In this document: one piece after another, positions 58,590 to 64,000 of the stretch
Position numbering within the stretch: the stretch's first letter is position 1
Layout: each line of letters starts with the position of its first letter
Assembly (NCBI GenBank): GCA_963514005.1
Contig: OY740807.1
Span: forward strand, 31,000,001 to 31,064,000
Length of the DNA stretch: 64,000 nt
Reading direction: 5' to 3'
DNA from: Raja brachyura
Lineage: Eukaryota
The notes under the pieces: model-generated
Seen by the model: only the letters and a program-made list of their open reading frames with translations
What the model was told of the DNA's origin: nothing
Database searches by the model: none
Position numbers and translations under genes: made by a program

Positions 58590-58745
58590 ACTATTACGCT
58601 ACAATGCTGAGATTTATCCTCTACACTCTGTACCTTTCCTTCACCCTACCTGTTGTAATGGAGTTTGCCTTGATTGTATTTACTTGATTGCATAGCATAA
58701 AGCCTTTCACTGCAGCTCGGTACGCGTTACAAGAAACCCAAACCT
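58590..58745 (+). mobile_element. Rex1-like 3' UTR fragment
   Basis: ctacaatgctgaga...cactctgta...ctttcactgcagctcggtac. Confidence 0.55.
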
Positions 58746-58873
58746 AAAACACTTCCAACCCTTTTTCTTTCCCTGAACAGCTCCACGGACATGCAGCATG
58801 TAGGACACATTGCAGACCCAAAGATGCAAACTCCACTGTTTTTTTTAACCTCGTGGAATGCACCTTATACTAG

Positions 58874-59030
58874 TGGGTGGCACGGTGGCGCAGCGATAGA
58901 GGTGCTGCCTCACAGCGCCAGAGACCTGGGTACAATCCTGACTACGGGTGCTTGCCTGTACGGAGTTTGTGTGTTCTCCCCCTGACCTGCGTGGGTTTTC
59001 TCCAGGATCATCGGTTTCCTCCCGCACAAA
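58874..59030 (+). mobile_element. HE1-like SINE 5' half
   Basis: gggtggcacggtggcgcagcg...ggtttcctcccgcac. Confidence 0.85.
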
Positions 59031-59164
59031 GGTATTAAGAGAGGGTTACTGTTGTGTCTGTTTATATTAAATAAACAATGTTTATGCTAACTTAAACCTT
59101 AGCGTACATCATTCCTCACATCCTTATCTCCTGTGTTAACTGTGCACTATCGCAGAATAACAGC

Positions 59165-59470
59165 ATAGCATGACGGCGCAGCGGTAGAGTTGCTGCCTTA
59201 CAGCGCCAGTGACCCGGGTTTGATCCTGGCTGTACAGAGCTTGTACTTTCTCCTCGTGACCTGCGTGGGTTTTCTCTGATAACTTTGGTTTCCTCCCACA
59301 CTCCAAAGACGTTCAGGTTTGTAGGTGAATTGGCTTGGTATAAGTGTAAAATTGCCCCCAGCATGTGTAGGATAGCGTTAATGTGCGGGGATCGCTGGTC
59401 AGCGCGGACTCGGTTGGCCGAAGGGGCTGTTTATGCGCTGTATCTCCAAATTAAACTAGAAAAACTAAAC
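59165..59470 (+). mobile_element. HE1-like SINE
   Basis: Head, central domain and tail. Confidence 0.88.
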
Positions 59471-59814
59471 TTCCTTTGTGGTGAATGTGAATTATTTTTA
59501 TTAAAACCTCAAGCTGTCATCAACTGGCCCCATTTTATGCATGTAATTCACAAGGCACACTGCAACATCTGCTTGTAGACTATGTAATATGTTCATAGTT
59601 TCATCACCCACCCACGCTTTCCTCCTCACTATAAACTTAACTTGGTGACTACTTGCATCCACTGTACTAACATTTCCACATAAACTCAGATTACTCATTT
59701 CCAACAGTAAAGCTTGATTCAAAGGAGAAAAGTTTCTTGTGAAATTACAATTGCAGTAAACTCCTTGATGGTCTCTCATCTCTCACTGCATAACTGTTCA
59801 ATATCTGTTAAGCG

Positions 59815-60000
59815 AAAATACCAACTGCAGGGGAAACTCAGTGGGTCAGGCAGCGTCCGTGCAGAGAACTAGACGGATGGTATTTGCGGTTATGACACTC
59901 ACTTTATCAGCCTGATCTCCACCGATTCTGCCTGACCTGACCCGCTGAGTTCCTCCAGCACTTTATTTTTTGCTCGCGATTGCGGCATCTGCAGTGTCTA
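59815..60000. mobile_element. Older PLE pLTR fold-back
   Basis: aactcagtgggtcaggcag ... ctgacccgctgagttcctccagc. Confidence 0.6.
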
Positions 60001-60007
60001 CTTAAGC

Positions 60008-60314
60008 ATAGAAACATAGAAAATAGGTGCAGGAGGAGGCCATTCGAACCTTCGAACCAGCACCGCCATTCATTGTGATATTGGCTGATCGTCCCCAATC
60101 AATAAACCGTGCCTGCCTTCTCCCCATATCCCTTGATTCCACTAGCCCCTAGAGCTCTATCTAACTCTGTCTTAAATCCATCCAGTGATTTGGCCTCCAC
60201 TTCCCTCTGTGGCAGGGAATTCCATAAATTCACAACTCTGGGTGAAAACATTTTTTCTCATTTCCGTCTTAAATGACCTCCCCTTTATTCTAAGACTGTG
60301 GCCCCTGGTTCTGG
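60008..60314 (-). mobile_element. Young CR1 3' fragment
   Basis: catagaaacatagaaaataggtgcagg; same subfamily as 43431-43877. Confidence 0.9.
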
Positions 60315-60776
60315 GGCAGGGTCTACAGTAATGCCTGCAGCTGCTACACAAGTGCCACATATCTCTGCACTATTAAGTACATGCTTGCCTCAAATGGGGG
60401 CACAATGGAGTGACGGCCAGTATGTGGGTCCCTTGTGCATTAGAGAGTGTCTGTACGGGAGATCAGACTTTATAATGTGCAATTCATCTTGACATCTCGT
60501 CAGATAACGACATTTCTTCCGACGTTGCTTCATTGCCAACGGATTTTCACTCCCGCCGGAGACATCTTAGGCAACGTGGTGGGACTTGAGGATTATTTGT
60601 TATCTCCCAGCGTCCACCCTGCTGGCATACATTTCATTGGGCACGACTTCTGAGCCCCTAGGACATTTTGGAGCTCTTCTCTCGCCTGCAGCTCCTCTCC
60701 TCAATGTTCGCCAAAATACACATTGCTGTCGTCTGACTTCTCTAGGGACCACAGTTAAGTCAAGGCACCCTAACGT

Positions 60777-60905
60777 GGGTGGCACTGTGGCGCAGCCTTA
60801 CAGGGCCAGAGACCCGGGTCCGACCCTGACTATGGGTGCTTGTCTGTCCAGAGTTTGTATGTTCTCCCTGTGACGTGTGTGTGTGTACGTGTGTGTGTGT
60901 GTGCG

Positions 60906-60945
<40 letters not shown>

Positions 60946-61105
60946 TTCTTTGGGATCGTCGGTTTCTTCCCACACTCCAAAGACGTACAGGTTTGTAGGT
61001 TAATTGGCTTGGAATAATTGTAAATCATCCCTAGTGTGTGTAGGAGTGTGCTGGGAACGCTGGTTGGTGGGCCGAAGGGCCTGTTTCTGTGATGTATCCC
61101 TAAAC
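60777..61105 (+). mobile_element. HE1-like SINE with internal (GT)n expansion (60875-60940)
   Basis: The consensus gtgacctgcgtgggttttc is replaced by a (GT)n run. Confidence 0.85.
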
Positions 61106-61349
61106 CCTGTTGCTTTTCCCAAAGGCTTTTTGAACCACGTCACTATTTTCTGAAGGAATCCAAATCAACAGCGAAACGTGACGCTGGTTTTGCATACCAA
61201 AATTAGGCAAAACCAACCTCGTTTCGAGGCACGAGATTCTCAGTAGTCTTGTTATGAGTCAACACTAGAATTTCCCTTTCCCTCCGTCCCAATTACTAAA
61301 GGAGTCATTACATTCATGTGGGCAACTCAACCTTCTGAACCCCAAGCCT

Positions 61350-61580
61350 TAGAAACAGAAAGAAAATAGGTGTAGGAGTAGGCCATGCGGCCCTTCGAGC
61401 CAGCACTGCCATTCAATATAATCACCCAAAATCAGTACCCCGTTCCTGTTTTCTCCCCATATCCCTTGATTCCTTTAGCCCCAAGAGCTAAAACCAACTC
61501 TCTCTCGAAAACATCCATTGAATTGGCCTCCACCGCCTACTGTGGCAGAGAATTCCACAGATTCGCAACTCTCTGGGTAA
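61350..61580 (-). mobile_element. CR1 3' fragment
   Basis: aaaataggtgtaggagtaggcc...gaattccacagattcgcaactctctgggt. Confidence 0.85.
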
Positions 61581-62734
61581 ATGACAACTCTCTCTCGCGG
61601 CCAAAGACTGAGGCGGCCTGGCAGGACTGGAAGGAGCAGTGGTGGTGCTTTTGGCTGTGGCCGATTTACTGCCGCTGGCGAGACACACGTTAGCTGCTAA
61701 TTATTTCCCAGTCCCCGCGCAGTCGAAATGGGCGATAAGTTGTCTCTTCGAGCAGTGCGGCGACTGAAGTGGTCTGCTGCTGTTGATCATCCATTATCAG
61801 CAGCTGCCAGGGCACGGCGGCATCAGGCTCTGCGATAAAGCACGAACGAGCTTTATCACAAGGAAATCATCATCCCCTGTGAGGAGACTCTTTCCTCTCA
61901 TTAAATGTAACCTTACCGCTTGAACGCTGCAATCCGTAGCAAGTGACAATGGCATCTCATCTAATTTTCCAACAAGCCAATCCTGACAGCATCCTCGTTT
62001 TCCTTTTTGCTTTCCAAAACACAAGTTAATCTGCCCGTCAGCTTGTCGGTGAAAGAAAATAAACCGTGTCGCCTCATGGGTGAAAAATCGAGGCAGGGAT
62101 CTCAGAAGCCAGACGCAAACTCATGCATTAATTAGTGGCCTCATGATGCCTTAACAGGTAGAATGGCTTCTCAAGGTTAAAGGTAAAGGGATATTAAACC
62201 TACTGTGAATAGTGTCCAATTACATGCACAATTGACGATGATGGCAATCGAAATCCGCGTCCTCTTTTTGAAAGGGAAAAAGAGAAAGCCTCAGACAAGA
62301 GCTATTCACTGATTTACTGACAATACCCAATTTCAGAGCAATCGCTGTCAAATCAAAATGTCACTGGTGTCAATCTGTGCATGTACCAAGTACCAACTCA
62401 ATCCACTTCTCTCAAGTTGGCTCGTGTCAATGCAGCCACCTGTGAATGCAGGGCCACTGTGATGTGAATCATCTATCTCAACTCTAATGTTCTGTCTTTA
62501 CCTGGTGATTCTCCTTCTCCTCTCCTCACTCGTTGCCGATCAATGGGCCAATATGTCCCTGCCTCCCTCTGCATCCTGACCAACTGCGTCAGGCTCAGCT
62601 TTAACCTTTACAAATCCATGAGTGTCAATAGCTTATTCAACTGAGGACTAGGATTCCAATAGTTTTAGGCTCTCGTTAGCGCACTCTAGTGCCATAAACA
62701 GACTTCGTTCCACCAAAGAGTTCATCGTCAGTCA

Positions 62735-62862
62735 TGCCGGCCCTGTTTTGTGCCGGCCTTCTCCGTCTTTCACCCTGAAGAAGGGTTCTGACCCCGAAAC
62801 GTTACCTATTTCTTTTCTCCAGAGACCACCTGAGTTACTCCAGCATATTGTGCCTATCTTCA
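62735..62862 (+). mobile_element. PLE pLTR fragment with hammerhead-like core
   Basis: ccctgaagaagggttctgaccccgaaacgttacc. Confidence 0.7.
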
Positions 62863-63387
62863 TTGTCACTTGAGTACTTTGTGTAAACGGAAGTAGATTG
62901 GACTCGGAATTTGTCGCCATTAGCAACTGCACTAAAGGACCCCAAGCTGCCTTCTAGAGCCAAGAGTCATGTTAATATTCTCTTTTATGAGATGCTGGAC
63001 AGCGAGAGACCACAGGCTGTGTCTCAGATTGGACCTCACAGCTGGACTCTGACTTGAAGAGATTAGCTGATGCAAATCTTATTTATTCATCCTCTTCTCC
63101 GCACCAGGAGGTAGCAGCTCGTCATTTGTTGCAGTGCAAGAAATACGCTCGCTCAAGGCGTTTTCTGTTGAATGTGTGCCTGGGTATAAAATGACTGCTT
63201 GACCCAAACATGACCTGACCCAACCACTGTTATCTTTCCCCAATCTGAGCCTCAAAACATTTAATCCTTTTTCCGTATCTTGCTCCTCATAATCGCAACA
63301 CAATCAGAGCGTGCCATTGATGTAGCCGTCAAGGAAAAGGACTAAAAACAAAAAGAAAGCTAAACAACAGATGTTGGGATGAGTGAG

Positions 63388-63632
63388 ACCGAAGGAATTG
63401 CAGGTGCTGGTTTACAAAATAAAACTGCACAAGTGGTGGAGTGACTTAATATGTCAGGCAGCAGCTCCGGAGGCAATGGACAGGCTCATCGAAACAGACA
63501 AAATAGGTGCGGTAGGCCATTCGGCCAGCAAAGCCATTAAATATGATCATCCTAAACCAGTACCCCGTTCCTGCAGACTCCTCCACAGATGCGGCCTGAC
63601 CCAATCAGTTACTCCACCACTGAGTGTTTTTT
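63388..63632. mobile_element. PLE fold-back with an inserted - CR1 tail fragment
   Basis: - arm 63390-63485; CR1 piece aaataggtgc..ggccattcggcc; + arm 63580-63630. Confidence 0.6.
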
Positions 63633-63882
63633 GACGTTAGCAATATTCCGTGGTTTAAAAACGTGGGCAGCAGTGAACTGAGTCAACAGTGAAAATACAA
63701 CTAACTAGCCACTTGTCTTCTAGTGGACCTTCAACATGTCTCACTACCTTCTTCTAAACTGGTAAAACAACAATAATAACCAGTATGCGTATAATTCCGC
63801 TCCCACTGTATAGAGCACTTTGTGTACCCAGGGAAGCTTTGACATAAAGTTTGGCAGTAAACCATGCAAGACCATTATTAGA

Positions 63883-64000
63883 AAGCACACAAAGTGCTGG
63901 AGTAACTCAGTGGGTCGGGCAGCATCACTAGAGAACATGGTTAGGTGATGTTTCGGGTCAGGGCCCTTTCTCAGACACGACCCGAAACGTCACCTACCCA
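63883..64000. mobile_element. PLE pLTR fold-back, truncated by the window end
   Basis: gctggagtaactcag...tttcgggtcagggccctttctcagac followed by gacccgaaacgtcacc. Confidence 0.75.

Overview
Eukaryotic, repeat-dense, apparently intronic or intergenic DNA. The repeat inventory points to a cartilaginous fish, probably a skate or ray (inferred from family recognition, not a database match). It contains HE1/V-SINE-like tRNA-SINEs whose 3' tail matches a HER1/CR1-type LINE, CR1 3' fragments, Rex1/Babar fragments and a Deu-domain SINE relic. No intact protein-coding gene, rRNA, true tRNA or CRISPR array is visible, and the long ORFs are decayed retroelement fragments or run across two N gaps. The most interesting layer is dozens of Penelope-like element (PLE) 3' ends and pseudo-LTR fragments carrying a minimal hammerhead-ribozyme-like motif (CTGAAGA-A-GGGT-NNNN-ACCC-GAAA-CG-TC), usually in fold-back inverted arrangements. 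One copy has its inversion junction exactly at the predicted cleavage site, creating a long helix I. A 2-kb PIF/Harbinger element is packed with these fragments, and two independent PLE insertions hit the same position of the HE1 SINE. The window also holds three Harbinger-like elements, a hAT element in a three-level nest, an unidentified structured multi-hairpin element near 33.5 kb, a candidate 51-nt minus-strand exon, and several repeat-free AT-rich blocks that may be conserved non-coding elements. Repeat boundaries are approximate (read by eye) unless a TIR or TSD is quoted.
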